Shown here: positions 38,278 to 51,066 of the stretch, in pieces
Numbering within the stretch: position 1 is the stretch's first letter
Layout of the letters: each line of letters starts with the position of its first letter
NCBI RefSeq assembly: GCF_011386835.1
Contig: NC_088800.1
Location: 39,866,001-39,930,000, forward strand
Length of the DNA stretch: 64,000 bases
Reading direction: 5' to 3'
From: Chrysemys picta bellii
Taxonomy: Eukaryota
The notes under the pieces: model-generated
Seen by the model: the letters and a program-made list of their open reading frames with translations, nothing else
Database searches by the model: none
What the model was told of the DNA's origin: nothing
Translations under genes and position numbers: made by a program

Positions 38278-39013
38278 TGTTAGAATGTTGTGGATGCTAG
38301 ATTAGTAATAGTAGGATTATTTTATTTAGCCTTATTTTTCTACAGTAGAGGCCTGCTTTTAATATTGTTTTGCTATTCTGTGTGAATGTGCTGTTCCTTG
38401 TGTGAATGAGATCTGTGTGGTACGTAAGCAAATAAGAGAAAAGACGCCAGCCTAATTGCCAGATGGGGCTAATTGCAAAAAAGGGAGGAAAGAGAAGTCG
38501 CCAGTATCACCTTGTCCTGATGGCTGAAGAAGTGCAGATTAACAACCCTAAAGTACAAAGGCATCCGCCCTAAATCAAGAACAAAGCACAAGATAAGGAG
38601 ATGGAGAATGAACTGAAAACAACCAGTTTTGATGATAAATGATTACAGCATGACACAGCAGGATCCATAGACTAACATAAGAATCAACTCCTAGAAGAGA
38701 GGGGTGAGAGCCAGGAGGCGTTGGGTTCATTCTGCAAAAACAATGGAGCATCGGTAGGCGCGGCTGACAGAGGCCCAGCTCCCACTCGTGCTCCGTTTAG
38801 CTGGCCACTAGACTGACTCGAGCAATGATAAGGATTGTAACTATAGCACCAGCTGCAGAACCTTTTGGGAGAGAGAGAGAGAGAGAGTGTGTGTGTGTGT
38901 GTGTGTAAGAATGTGAGCATATGCGGATTTTAATATCTATTGACATTTTGAATAAACGTGGCGTATTGCCTTGTCCCCTGAAAAAGATTCCGTGAGTTTC
39001 TATAAGCATAACA
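38278..39013 (+). mobile_element. Probable solo LTR
   Basis: TGTTA...TAACA ends, flanks gttt / cttt, AATAAA at ~38951, and an internal (GA)n(GT)n microsatellite. Confidence 0.5.
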
Positions 39014-40049
39014 CTTTCTAAGAGCCCAGCACAGGACATTAGCATGGGGCTTCTGGGGTGCCCTAGCCCCAAGGGCAGGTTGAGGGGGGCTGGTCCTGGT
39101 CCCCTGCTGCACAATGGGATGGGGGCAGGGAATCCATGCCCGGGGTACTGAGGGCTTGGGGTGGCTGGCCTGCCACACTGAACCCCACTGGAAAAGTAGG
39201 ATGGGGGATGGGTCCAGTCCCTGGGGATTATGGGGGGGATTGGCTGCCTCCAAAGAGCCAGCTGTGACCCTGTGATGCCCAGATCAGGGGTAGGGCAGGC
39301 AGTCCAGTAGCAAGACAAAGAGCCAGAATGGGAAGGGGCCATTTAAGGTGTCTCCTCCCTTAAAATGTCAGGAGAGGAGGAATAAAGCAAGGGACCTCCC
39401 TTCCTCACTGCAGAGCCATTGGGAGGGGAACGGGGAAGGGGGACCAGCCCATGTTTGCATCTCCCAGCTCCTCTGAGCTGAATGGGGCTGCGTATAAGGG
39501 GGCCACGAGGAGAGCAATGGGCTTGGCTGGAAACCACTGGGGGTGGAGACAGCGGGCGGAGGCGAGTGCTGCTCTGAGCAATGGGTTTCCAGCCTGGGGC
39601 AGGAGCACAGGATCAGCTATCACCAGCTGGATCAAGGGCCCCTTGGGCTGGGATCCTGCCCCCAGCCGAGCCCCCTATGCTGGGGTGAGGGGAGCTCATG
39701 ATGCAGCTGGAGATCCCTATAGGAGTCGACTGATGCCTGATCCCCTTGGCCACAGTGCAAGTACAGAGGGGCCTGTTACTGTGGGGAGAGGTTCCCCTGC
39801 CCCTTTAAACTCAGTGTGTCAGTGTCTGAGCCCTGAAGCCGCAGCAATGGGGGAGATGGCAGCCTCAGAGTGGCTGAGTCAGGATCTGCCCTTTTCCCTT
39901 CCTAGCCCTGCCAGACACTGGGCTGCAGGTAGGAACCCCCTGCAGCCAGCACGTGGCCCAGAGTCAGCTCCCTGCAGAATTGGTACAGGGGCCGAGTGGC
40001 TGCCTGGCTGTAGCACTATACGTTGTGGGTTGTTAACTATTGTTGACTG

Positions 40050-40740
40050 TGTGATGTTGCACTCCATATGTTTTATGAAACTATGCTTATGAATGTGAAT
40101 ATGATGTACTTTTTAAATTGGAACATCTCTGAGGGTGAGATATTACCTGTAATCAGTTTCTTAACGAATTAGACTTAGACTTGTGTGTTTTTGCTTTATT
40201 TTGCTTGGTGACTTACTTTGTTCTGTCTGTTATTACTTGAAACCACTTAAATCCTACTTTTTATACTTAATAAAATCACTTCTGTTTATTAATTAACCCC
40301 GAGTAAATGATTAATACCTGGGGGAGCAAACAGTTGTGCACATCTCTCTATCAGTGTTATGGAGGGCGAACAATTTATGAAAAGAAGAACAGGAGTACTT
40401 GTGGCACCCGAAAGCTTATGCTCTAATAAATTTGTTAGTCTCTAAGGTGCCACAAGTACTCCTGTTCTTCTTTTTGCGGATACAGACTAACACGGCTGTT
40501 ACTCTGGAACAATTTATGAGTTTACCCTGTCTAAGCTTTATACAGAGTAAAACTGATTTATTCTGTGTTTGGATCCCATTGGGAACTGGGTTCTGGGTGC
40601 TGGAGAGGTGACCTGCTGAGCTGTTTTTGGTTAAAGTCTGCAGCTTTGGGGGCATGGACCAGATCTGGGTCTGTGTTGCAGCAGGTTAGTGTGTCTGGCT
40701 CAACAAGGCAGGGCTCTGGAGTCCCAAGCTGTCAGGGAAG
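40050..40740 (+). mobile_element. Deleted/truncated LTR (Gypsy-like) containing a Penelope-like insertion
   Basis: Begins tgtgatgttgcactcc and has AATAAA at ~40270. The sequence rejoins across the 40381-40506 insertion. Confidence 0.55.
40381..40506. mobile_element. Short Penelope-like fold-back insertion
   Basis: Inverted arms agaagaacaggagtacttgtggcacc / ggtgccacaagtactcctgttcttct, with 13-bp TSD gaacaatttatga at 40368-40380 and 40507-40519. Confidence 0.75.
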
Positions 40741-42049
40741 ACTACTTATTATTATTAACTTGTTATTGTTATGGCCAGTTATTAACTGTTTATTATATTG
40801 GGCTGGTTTTATTGACTTATTAGCTATTTATTTGTTACAATTAGCTATTAAGTCTATTATTAGCACTTACTATTTATTAATGATCTAGCAGGGCAGGAAT
40901 GGGGTGGTGATGGTTTGAATGCTCTGTTTGCTGCCTGACCTCACTGCAGAGTCCCTGGGTGCTCGACCAGCATGGAAGAACAGCCCCCCGGAGGGGCCGA
41001 TGCTAAGGAGTACATGTCTCTCTGCGTCTCTGCCAGTATGAGAGGGGAGCAAGTGTGCTGGGCTGGCTGCACAGCGAGTGTCCAGCAATGACACAGTGAC
41101 ACGTGGTGTGGGATTGCTGCTCACACATGGGCCTCCAGTATGTGCTAAATCACTGTGGGTTTGGGTGTGTGCGTGCAGAGCCTTTCATTATTATCATCAC
41201 ATCAGCACTTTAATGGTCCTTCCGAGGAAATGGATGAGTTAACAGCTGTGCCAAACGTCCTGACTTTGACAACTCTGCTGTGCCTGTCCATAGCTGAGAG
41301 CATGAGAACGCTTCCAGTAGCAATGTGTGGGTCTTGTGGGCAGAGCTACCAGCCAAGAGCACATGACTTCTAATCCCAGCTTTTCCACTCACTGGTATGA
41401 ATACTTCTGGACTCGCCACCACCTTTTTTATTAACCACAAAGCAATCCTGCAACTTTGGGAGCAGAGAGCTATCATTCGCCCATCTGACAGCTGATCTAA
41501 CAGAGAGACTGCTCACGGTCACTTCTGGCAGAAGAACTCAGATCTCCAAATTGGCAGACCAGACCCTCGCTTCAGCTGCTTTGCCACTCTGCCTTGCCGA
41601 ATATGCCAAATTATGTACTTGCTATGCGGTCACTAACCCCTAGACCATACTTTGCTCCCAGAATCAGCAATAGAACCCACATATCCTGATTTTCAATATG
41701 CCACTGCTGTCTCACCAAAAGTTGTGTGACCCACTGGCAAAGGGTGTGTTGTGGGCCAAGTTACAGACTGGGCCACGCTAAGAAACAGCTACTAGTTCCT
41801 CTTCAAACCACTGTCATTTGAGTTCTTCCAGTGTATCTGAAGATCATGGGTTTATATCCTGTTGATGGTGGGGGGAGGAAGAAAGTACATTAAAGACTGT
41901 ATCCTAGGAAAGTAGGAATCACCAGGCCACACTGGATGACACCCCTGCTCCATTCTAATCCAGCATTCTGTCTCTGAATGGGTAAGACTCCTCCAGCTGG
42001 CTGGTGTGGATAATCTACCCCCCACACAGGTGTCATTCTGGTCTCTTAG

Positions 42050-42135
42050 GCCCAGATTCTCAAAGGTATTTAGGCTCCCAACTCCCCTTGATTTCAATGG
42101 GAGTTAGACCTCTCATTATCTGAGAGGATCTGGGA
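42050..42135. mobile_element. Short hairpin MITE (~70-90 bp); other copies at ~14470-14520 (partial), ~59815-59905 and 62875-62943
   Basis: Shared core ggcccagat.ctcaaaggtatttagg...cctaaatacctt...gatctgggcc. The copy at 62875-62943 has TAA on both sides, a PIF/Harbinger-type TSD. Confidence 0.6.
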
Positions 42136-42322
42136 CTTTATGCATATGGACAAAGGGGCTGAATTTAGGACACATGGGTAATCTTAGTTCTGGTGTTCCT
42201 GAATGTATTGAATCTACCCAAGTTTTTAAAAGCTGAAGTTCATGACTATATGCAAAATAGCCCACTAAGTAATTTGCATAAAACATCACTCATCAAGCTG
42301 TGTGGAACTTGGTAAATATGGG

Positions 42323-43109
42323 TGTGATAAGGTTGGGACTCACCACCTGGCGCCTCCTGCTGGTTGTCTCTAGGAATTAGCTCTGTCCAGTGAAGCGCCC
42401 CCTCCTGGTGGTGTCCCATCCGTCATCTCGCTCTCGGTTGGCATCTGAGCCCGCATCACTCCCTGCTCGGCAGCATCCTCTTGAAGCCACTGCCCTCCAG
42501 CAGTGCCCCCTAGTCCATCCTCACCCCCTTCCACGGGGGTGTGTGTGTGTGTGTGTGTGTGTTCAGCAGTCCTTGCACTGGCCTCAACCTCCAAAGTCTA
42601 GCTCCTTGTCTCAAGGGCTGGTTGCAGTTTGTCTCAGCCACCCTACTGCACGGCCAGGTGCAGTACAAGGGGGAAGGGGGGGACCCAGGCCCGCCCACTA
42701 CTCTGGGTCCCGACCCAGGGACCCTCTAGTGTCAGCCTCCCTGCCCTCCTTCTCTCCCCTTGTCCCACTGTCCCTGGGCCACTTACCCTCTGGCCCCTCG
42801 CACCCTCTAGGCCCTTTCTCTCAGGGCCGCAGTCTGGCAGGTTTTGGGCCGGAGCCATACTGTGCTCCCCCTGAGCCTGCCCAGCACTGCTCTATCCGAG
42901 GTGCTAGTCTCCTGTTCTGGAGACAGACTGCTTGATGCTCTTCTGAGCAGCCCTTATATAGGGCCTAGCCTAGCCCTGATTGGCTGGCTCTAATGTCAGC
43001 CCTGATTGGCTCTCAGTAAGCTCTTTCCTGATTGGCTGCCAGCCTGCGCAGCCGCTATGGCCTACCCTAGCCCCCTCTCACATGGGGGTGGGGCACTCGC
43101 CCCGCCACA
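42323..43109. mobile_element. Solo LTR, 787 bp
   Basis: TGTG...CACA ends and a perfect 5-bp TSD ATGGG at 42318-42322 and 43110-43114. Confidence 0.8.
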
Positions 43110-44135
43110 ATGGGGTTATCAACACAGGGTACCTGATCAGCATAGCTAGTATGGAATAGCTTCCCATGTGAACGCTCAAGCACTTTGATTCCAGAATAAT
43201 TACTCCATTTTGGAACAGTATGAATTATTCCAGAATAAAGTCACTTTTATTCTGGAATATAGTGGCCACATGGGGGCTATTCTGGATTAGTTATTGTGAA
43301 ATAGCTTATTCCACAAAAGCTATTCTGGTCAATTTCTCCATGTAGATGAGCCCTATGGAGTGTTAGTCAGATCTCAGTAACAGAACCCCCAGACATTAGT
43401 CAGGATCGTGTCCCAGTGATGTGCTGGGTGCTGCTCAAACACATAATATGACAGTGCCTGAGGCAGTGAAGAAGAGGCAGCAGGGAGTTGGCCATGTCTG
43501 TCTTACACCTGGGAAAGCTGGGGAGGCTGAGCCTGAGAATAGGTCTACGCTGATGGGGGTGTGTACAGTACAGACACTGGATGTCCAGCTAGCAGTGGTA
43601 TAAATAGTAATGTAGATGGTGAGGCATGGCTTACATGAGTAGAGTGCCCTACAAGCCTGAACCCTAGGGTATATACCCTACATGGTTCTCCACACTCTGT
43701 TGTATTAATTTAGATGGAATATAAGGGCTAAAGGCATTCACACAACCCGGTCACTGAGCAACATTAAACAAGGTCTGTGGTTTGGTATTCAGAGACTATG
43801 CCTGCTTAGTGCCATGGCAAGCACACCATTCAACATCTTTTAACCTCTTACTAAAGATACAGTAAAGATGGGAAAACGGTTACAGCCTTTGCAATGTAAA
43901 GTATTAAATAAGGCTTTCATTTCAACATCATCCCTTGTTCCCTTTCCCGTTAGCTGGAGAAGGGTTTAAAAGGAAAAACCCCTTGTGTGACAATTTCTTA
44001 GATGGTATCAAAGATGGTAATAACTGTCCTTTTTGGAGAAAAGACAAGAAGTTAGGTAAGCTGATCTGGCGTTGTTAAGGTCCGATCCCGTTTCATCCCA
44101 GGTAGTGATGGGGATTCAGGTGGAAATGGTAGGGG

Positions 44136-44817
44136 CAGGGCCGGTGCTACCATTAAGGTGAACTAGGCAGTGGCCTAGGGCGCTAAGATTTGGGGGGACG
44201 CCAAAAAGCGGTGCCCTAAATTTTTTTTTTACAGCGTTCCTCCCTGAGCGCGCGGTCGCCGCTCCACTTCTCCCGCCTCCCAGGCTTGCAGCGCCAATCA
44301 GCTGTTTGGCGCCGCAAGCCTGGGAGGAGAATTAGAGCGGGGGCGGTGTGCTCGGGGAGGAGGCGGAGCAGAGGTGAGCTGGGGTGGGGAGGTGCTGCAC
44401 GGCTTCCCGGGCCGGGGGGGTGGGGAGCTGCCGCGGGGAAGCCTCAGGACGGGGGGGGAGCTGCCGCAATGCTCCCCACCCCAGCTCACCTCTGCTACGC
44501 CTCCTCCCCGAGCACGCCGTCGCTGCTCCACTTCTCCCGCCTCCCAGGCTTGCGGTGCCAATCAGCTGTTTGGCGCCACAACCCTGGGAGGGGAGGAGAA
44601 TTAGAGCGGGGGCGGCGTGCTCGGGGAGGAGGCGGAGCAGAGGTGAGCTGGGGTGGGGAGCTGCCACGGGGGAGGGCGCCTCAGGGCGGGGGGGGAGCTG
44701 CCGTAGGGGGGGGCGCCTCAGAGCGGGGGGTGCAGGGAGCTGCCGCAGGGCTAAGGGGAGAGGGGGCACAAGGTGGAAGTTTTGCCTAGGGCGCGAAACT
44801 TCCTTGCACCGGCCCTG
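44136..44817. mobile_element. hAT MITE, 682 bp, with an internal ~250-bp GC-rich tandem duplication
   Basis: Perfect 12-bp TIRs cagggccggtgc / gcaccggccctg and perfect 8-bp TSD ggtagggg. Confidence 0.9.
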
Positions 44818-45529
44818 GGTAGGGGTGGTGATGTCATCTGGCTGCTTCTCTCTGGCCCGTTCTGGTCAGGACATCTCTCAGGGTCAGGATGATGAAGGCC
44901 TGGGTTCAGGAGCAGCAGAAGGTCCCTAAAAGTGTTGGGGGAGGCACACTGCTGCTTCCCCATGAGGCCTTGCCCCCCGTCACTCCTCTCTGTCCTCTTT
45001 GCCCCCTGTTGCTTGCCCTTATGGCTGGTAAAAAGGGGGGGGCTGTGGCCCTATGGCCCCCCCATTCCAGCACCCCTGCCTGGGGTCCCCGGAGATGGTG
45101 AGGGTGGCAGCCATGATGGTGGAGCTCACTCCAGTAGTCTCTGTCTGTTCTTCCCCGCTCTTTGTCTTGTTCTTTCGTAGGCGCCCCAGACAATCTTTCT
45201 TTTAAAAGGGAGCAATGGGTGGAAGAGCCCATCCCCTCATTGTTTTGTCCACCAATTAGGCCTAATATCTGACACACCAATTTTAGTTAATTCTAGCTCC
45301 ACATCATCTGTTTTTAACAAACATAACTTGAACAGTCCTTGGATTATATCAACATGGCCTCTTTGGTTTAGACTAATCCAGTTTCTGTCTGGTTTTCTTG
45401 CACCTGTTTCCATCCACATTTGTTAGTGTAGATTATTGCGACCTTTTATGAATTTACACTCACTTTTTACAGTTAAACTCACAATTAGGGTAAATTTGTA
45501 CACCCAATTGTCACAGCAATGCCCAAGCC

Positions 45530-45803
45530 GTGTCTCTGATGTCTACACTGCTATTTTTAGAAGTGTAGCGTCCCCCTGCCTTCCCCGTGGCAGAGCCTTT
45601 CCCCGACACAGTGAAAGACTCCAGCAGGGAAAGGCTCTGGTAGTGGGGAATACCAGAGCCTTTCCCTTCTGCTTCCCCCCTGCCGGAGCCTTTCACTGCC
45701 ACATGTAGCTATATGCCACTGTGAGTGTGGACACAGCCTGCCTTTCACTGGGGTGTATAGCTACATGTACCTTACGTGCTGCTGCAAGTGTAGGCAAGGT
45801 CTG
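45530..45803. mobile_element. Decayed Harbinger-type MITE (similar remnants at ~43140-43355 and ~43545-43700)
   Basis: gtctacact ... agtgtaggcaagg termini resemble Harbinger TIRs. Confidence 0.5.
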
Positions 45804-46594
45804 ATTCTGTCCAGAGGGTTCTGAGAAGTGGCCAGTAGCATTGGGCTAATAGTGGCCAATTTTATATGCTGCTTGGTGATTTACAGCTGGAAAAGCCTGA
45901 AACACAGAGTATTAGTGCAAGCCCCCTTGCCCGGGTGTGTGAATAAGGTAGTGAGAGCTGCAGGGCCTGGGCAAAGAGGCTGTAGAATCAGGAGCCCTGA
46001 CTACCAGATTGGTATCTGACTCACTTTCCTATGAAAGCACTCAGTGACCTCATGGTTGATCCTGATGCTGAATTGTGGGCTCAGCTTTGTCCCGGGAGTG
46101 AAGCAATTCTGGGCCACAGGGATTTCTTTAGAAGAGGGTTTGGCTGAACGAGGCCAAGGAGGGTCACTCAGGAGTTTTTCCTGGGATAGTCTAAAGATTG
46201 GAGTGTGATCCTACAGCAAGGTCAGTAATATGGCATTGCTGCCCAAATGCTCTAGGCCCTATAAATAGGACTACCTAGGTGTAGGACTCCGCCCCTTCCC
46301 CTGAGGTGGGGAAACCTCTTCCATTGGGGTTGGAGGGAATTATTGCACTTCTGTGACCAAGTCACGCACAAACAGAAGCTATTTTAGGTTGACAGCACAG
46401 GCCTTGCCTGTTCTGGGTGTGTGAAATGATAGGTGTGGATTTCAAGGTATGGAGGAAACTCAATAATAAAAACAATGTGGGTTTATGGAAAATAGGCCTT
46501 GTCAAACCAACCTGATTTCATTCTTTGAGATTTCAAGTTCGGATGATAAAAATGTGACAGATAATGAAACCACCCTGTAATAATTGCTGAATAC

Positions 46595-47591
46595 TGTGTG
46601 CTGACCTGGTTTGGGGAATGGTTAGTATATGGCTATGTTATTTTAGCTTAACAAGGGGGTTGTAAGGAAAAACAAGCACAAAGAGAAGAACTGATCAAGC
46701 TGAGCCACCCCTGGGTAAATACTGAAGGGTTGTTAAGAAACAATGGCCAAACATAGTAAGTTTGAAGATTCTACCTCCTGGCTCCAGCCAACTGGCTTTG
46801 GACAAGCAGGGCCAAAGGTAGGGAACTAGAAGATCAGAAGGACTGTAGTAGTTTGAAAAGAGACTCTCTTGGGGTGGGGCAGGGGGCTGTTCAGGCAGTT
46901 GTTCAGGGGAATCAGACTGCATACTGGCCCCTGCTGGGGGTCTGAAGAAGTTAGGCCTGCCTAGGTTACCATCAGGGGATGGCGAGACTCTAGGTAAAAT
47001 AGACATGAGCAGTCTGTGTCAGTGTGGGTGGCTATGCCTAGTGGCCAGAGTCAGGAACGGAGCAGGTCTAGGGCAGGACTGGGAACAAGGGAGGCACAGG
47101 AGTTATCCCACTTGTGGCTGTAAACTTTGAGAAGCTGCTTGTGTGTTGCTGCTGCTGGGTGTAAGAGTAGGCTGGTGATGCCAATCAGGGTGTCCAGCTG
47201 TAGTTCACTAGCTGGTTCCAGGTTCAGCTGTAGACCCTGATTCCAGACAAACTGTTGTTTTACAGTCAGTCTGGAAATACTTTGTGCCTGTCGTTACAAT
47301 AAATAATATTTTGGTTTAAGAAGGCGGTCTGGTCACTACATGCACCACTGGTCACAGGCTCCTGAAGGGAAGAACTACAGGTGTTGAACCTAGACAGGTG
47401 TTGAACCTAGACCTGTAGGATAAGCACAGTGGATACGCAGGGTTCTGTATCCCAGGACCTGGCCTAAGAGTAGGAGAACTGTGTAATTCCACCCCAGAAG
47501 AGCTAAAGGCATGGCCTGTGACAGACACGAGGCTGCTCTCAGAGAGACCAGGAAGGGGGACAGAAATGCAGCTATTCCTACAACTGTGACA
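46595..47591 (+). mobile_element. Possible solo LTR abutting the Harbinger element
   Basis: AATAAA at ~47299 and a tgtgaca terminus. The 5' boundary and TSD are not resolved. Confidence 0.4.
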
Positions 47592-49609
47592 TAGGGTATG
47601 TCTACACTACGAAATTAGTTCGAATTTATAGAAGCCGGTTTTATTGAAATCGGTTGTATACAGCCGATTGTGTGTGTCCACACAATAAAATGCTCTAGGT
47701 GCTCTAGTCGGCGGACCGCGTCCACAGTACGAGGCTAGCGTCGACTTCCGGAGCATTGCACTATGGGTAGCTATCCCACAGCTATCCCACAGTTCCCGCA
47801 GTCTCTGCCGCCCCTTGGAATTCTGGGTTGAGATCCCAATGCCCGGATGATGCAAAACAGTGTCGCGGGCGGTTCTGGGTACATGTCGTCAGGCCCCTCC
47901 CTCCCCCATCACAGCAACGGCAGACAATAGATTCGCGCCTTTTTACCTGGGTTACCTGGGTTACCTGTGCAGACAACATGGAGCCCGCTCAGCTCAGCTG
48001 AGCTCACCATCACCATATGTCCTCTGGGTGCCGGCAGACGTGGGACTGCATTGCTACACAGCAGCAGCTGCTAACTGCCTTTTGGAGGTAGACGGTGCAG
48101 TAGACTGGTAGCCTTCATCGGCGATCTGGGTGCTGGCAGCCGTGGGGCTTGCCTTTTGGCAGTAAATGGTGTATTACGACTGTTAGCCATCCTATTACAA
48201 GTCGGGTCATCGTACATTAGCAGAGTCTTTCCTGAGCAGCCGATTGTGCAATAGGCCTGAAGACCATCGTCATACACCGCCCGTATTTGCTGCCAAGCAC
48301 CCAGAAAGATGCCGAGGGCTATCAGTCACGCTGCACCGTCGTCTTAAGATGTACAAAAATAGATTTGCTCTGTATTCATTTGCTTCCCTTTGCTCTGTAT
48401 TCATTTGCTTCCCCCTCCCTCCGTCAAATCAACGGCCTGCTAAACCCAGGGTTTTCAGTTTAATCTTTGGGGGGGACCAGTCTGTGACAGTTGTTTGTGT
48501 CTCTCCCTGATGCACAGCCACCGTTCTTTATTTTAATTCCCTGTGCCTGTACGCCATGTCGTCACTCGGCCCCCCTCCCTCCTTCCCCTAGTCCGTCAGA
48601 TACTACGTTTGCGCCACAGCTCAGAGAGCCGAGAAGCGGTTCGCGCCTTTTCTTTGAATTCTGGGTTGAGATCCCAATGCCCGGATGATGCAAAACAGTG
48701 TCGCGGGCGGTGCTGGGTACATGTCGTCAGGCCCCTCCCCCCTCGTCACAGCAACGGCAGACAATACATTCGCGCCTTTTTACCTGGGTTACCTGTGCAG
48801 ACAACATACCATGGCAAGCATGGAGCCCGCTCAGCTCAGCTGAGCTCACTGTCACCATATGTCCTCTGGGTGCCGGCAGACGTGGGACTGCATTGCTACA
48901 CAGCAGCAGCTGCTAACTGCCTTTTGGCGGTAGACAGTGTAGCATGAGTGATAGCCGTGGGGCTGGCAGCCGTAGGGCTGCATTGCACCAGCCCCTTGCA
49001 GGCGATGGTATATTATGACTGGTACCCGTCATCGTCATACTGGTATGGCTGTCAATCATGGCCACCTGGGCAGACATGCTACTGTTTTGATGATGATGGT
49101 TACCAGTCGTAATATACTATTTTCTGCCAATTGCCCAGTATTGTCTGCTAAGCACCCAGAAGAGGCCGAGGGCGATGCTGGGTGCTGGCGGACGTGGGGC
49201 TGGCAGACGTGGGGCTGCATTGCTACACAGCAGCAGTCCCTTGCCTTTTGGCAGATGATGGTATATTATGATTGGTACCCATCGTCGTCATACTGGTATG
49301 GCTGTCACTCATGCTGCACCGTCGGCTGCCACCTTAAGATGTAAAAAATAGATTTGTTCTGTGTTCATTTGCTTCCCCTTCCTCCGTGAAATCAACGGCC
49401 TGCTAAGCCCAGGGTTTCCAGTTTAATCTTTGGGGGGACCATTCTGTGTGACAGTTGTTTGTGTTTCTCCCTGTTCCTGTACCTGTACGCCATGTCGTCA
49501 CTCGGCCCTCCCTCCCTCCCTCCCTCCCTCCCGCCCTCCTTCTCCTGGTCCATCAGATACTACTTTCGCGCCTTTTTTCTGACCAGGCGCCATAGCTAGC
49601 ACTGGGATC

Positions 49610-50911
49610 ATGGAGCCCGCTCAGATCACCGCGGCAATTATGAGCACTATGAACACCACGCGCATTGTCCTGGAGTATATGCAGAGCCAGAACATGCCAA
49701 GGCGAAACCCGGACCAGGCGAGGAGGCGATTGCAGCGCGGCGACGAGAGTGATGAGGAAATTGACATGGACATAGACCTCTCACAAGGCACAGGCCCCAG
49801 CAATGTGGAAATCATGGTGTCACTGGGGCAGGTTGATGCCGTGGAACGCCGATTCTGGGCCCGGGAAACAAGCACAGACTGGTGGGATCGCATCGTGCTG
49901 CAGGTATGGGACGATTCCCAGTGGCTGCGAAACTTTCGCATGCGTAAGGCCACTTTCATGGAACTTTGTGACTTGCTTTCCTCTGCCCTGAAACGCCAGG
50001 ATACCAAGATGAGATCAGCCCTCACAGTTGAGAAGCGAGTGGCGATAGCCCTGTGGAAGCTTGCAACGCCAGACAGCTACCGGTCAGTCGGGAATCAATT
50101 TGGAGTGGGCAAATCTACGGTGGGGGCTGCTGTGATCCAATTTGCCAGGGCAATGAAAGACCTGGTGATAGCAAGGGTAGTGACTCTGGGAAACGTGCAG
50201 TCAATAGTGGATGGTTTTGCTGAAATGGGATTCCCAAACTGTGGCGGGGCCATAGACGGAACCCATATCCCTATCTTGTCACCGGAGCACCAAGCCACCG
50301 ACTACGTAAACCGCAAGGGGTACTTTTCAATGCTGCTGCAAGCCCTGGTGGATCACAAGGGACGTTTCACCAACATCAACGTGGGATGGCCGGGAAAGGT
50401 ACCTGATGCTCGCGTCTTCAGGAACTCTGCTCTGTTTCGAAAGCTGGAGGAAGGGACTTTCTTCCCGGACCAGAAAGTGACCATTGGGGATGTTGAAATG
50501 CCTATCGTGATCCTTGGGGACCCAGCCTACCCCTTAATGCCATGGCTCATGAAGCCGTACACAGGCAGCCTGGACAGGAGTCAGGACCTGTTCAACTACA
50601 GGCTGAGCAAGTGCCGAATGGTGGTGGAATGTGCATTTGGACGTTTAAAAGCGCGCTGGCGCAGCTTACTGACTCGCTCAGATCTCAGCGAAAAGAATAT
50701 CCCCATTGTTATTGCTGCTTGCTGTGCGCTCCACAATATCTGTGAGAGTAAGGGGGAGACATTTATGGCGGGGTGGGAGGTTGAGGCAACTCGCCTGGCC
50801 GCTGATTACGCGCAGCCAGACACCAGGGCGGTTAGAGGAGCACAGCAGGGCGCGGTGCGCATCAGAGAAGCTTTGAAAACGAGTTTTGTGACTGGCCAGG
50901 CTACTGTGTGA
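49610..50911 (+). CDS. Harbinger DDE transposase (HARBI1-family), 433 aa, intact
   Basis: HTH-like VEKRVAIALWKLATPDSYRSVGNQFGVGKSTV. Catalytic motifs GAIDGTHIP (D), ILGDPAYPL (D) and RMVVECAFGRLK (E). Good Kozak context gatcATGG. Confidence 0.92.
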   Translation: MEPAQITAAIMSTMNTTRIVLEYMQSQNMPRRNPDQARRRLQRGDESDEEIDMDIDLSQGTGPSNVEIMVSLGQVDAVERRFWARETSTDWWDRIVLQVWDDSQWLRNFRMRKATFMELCDLLSSALKRQDTKMRSALTVEKRVAIALWKLATPDSYRSVGNQFGVGKSTVGAAVIQFARAMKDLVIARVVTLGNVQSIVDGFAEMGFPNCGGAIDGTHIPILSPEHQATDYVNRKGYFSMLLQALVDHKGRFTNINVGWPGKVPDARVFRNSALFRKLEEGTFFPDQKVTIGDVEMPIVILGDPAYPLMPWLMKPYTGSLDRSQDLFNYRLSKCRMVVECAFGRLKARWRSLLTRSDLSEKNIPIVIAACCALHNICESKGETFMAGWEVEATRLAADYAQPDTRAVRGAQQGAVRIREALKTSFVTGQATV

Positions 50912-51026
50912 AACTTCTGTTTGTTTCTCCTTGATGAACCCTCCAAACCCCCCCCCCGACCCGGTTCACTCTACTTCCCTGTAAACCAACCACCCCACCC
51001 CACCCTCCCCTCCCGCTTGCAGAGGC

Positions 51027-51066
51027 AATAAAGTCATTGCTTTTTCACATTCATGCATTCTTTATT
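51027..51066. terminator. Back-to-back poly(A) signals for the two Harbinger genes
   Basis: AATAAA (+) at 51027-51032 and TTTATT (minus-strand AATAAA) at 51061-51066. Confidence 0.6.

Noticed and set aside
49610-50911. Domesticated host gene HARBI1
   Set aside because: The ORF lies inside TIRs with a TSD and has a Myb partner. It is longer than, and N-terminally unlike, HARBI1 as I recall it, and is outside HARBI1 synteny.
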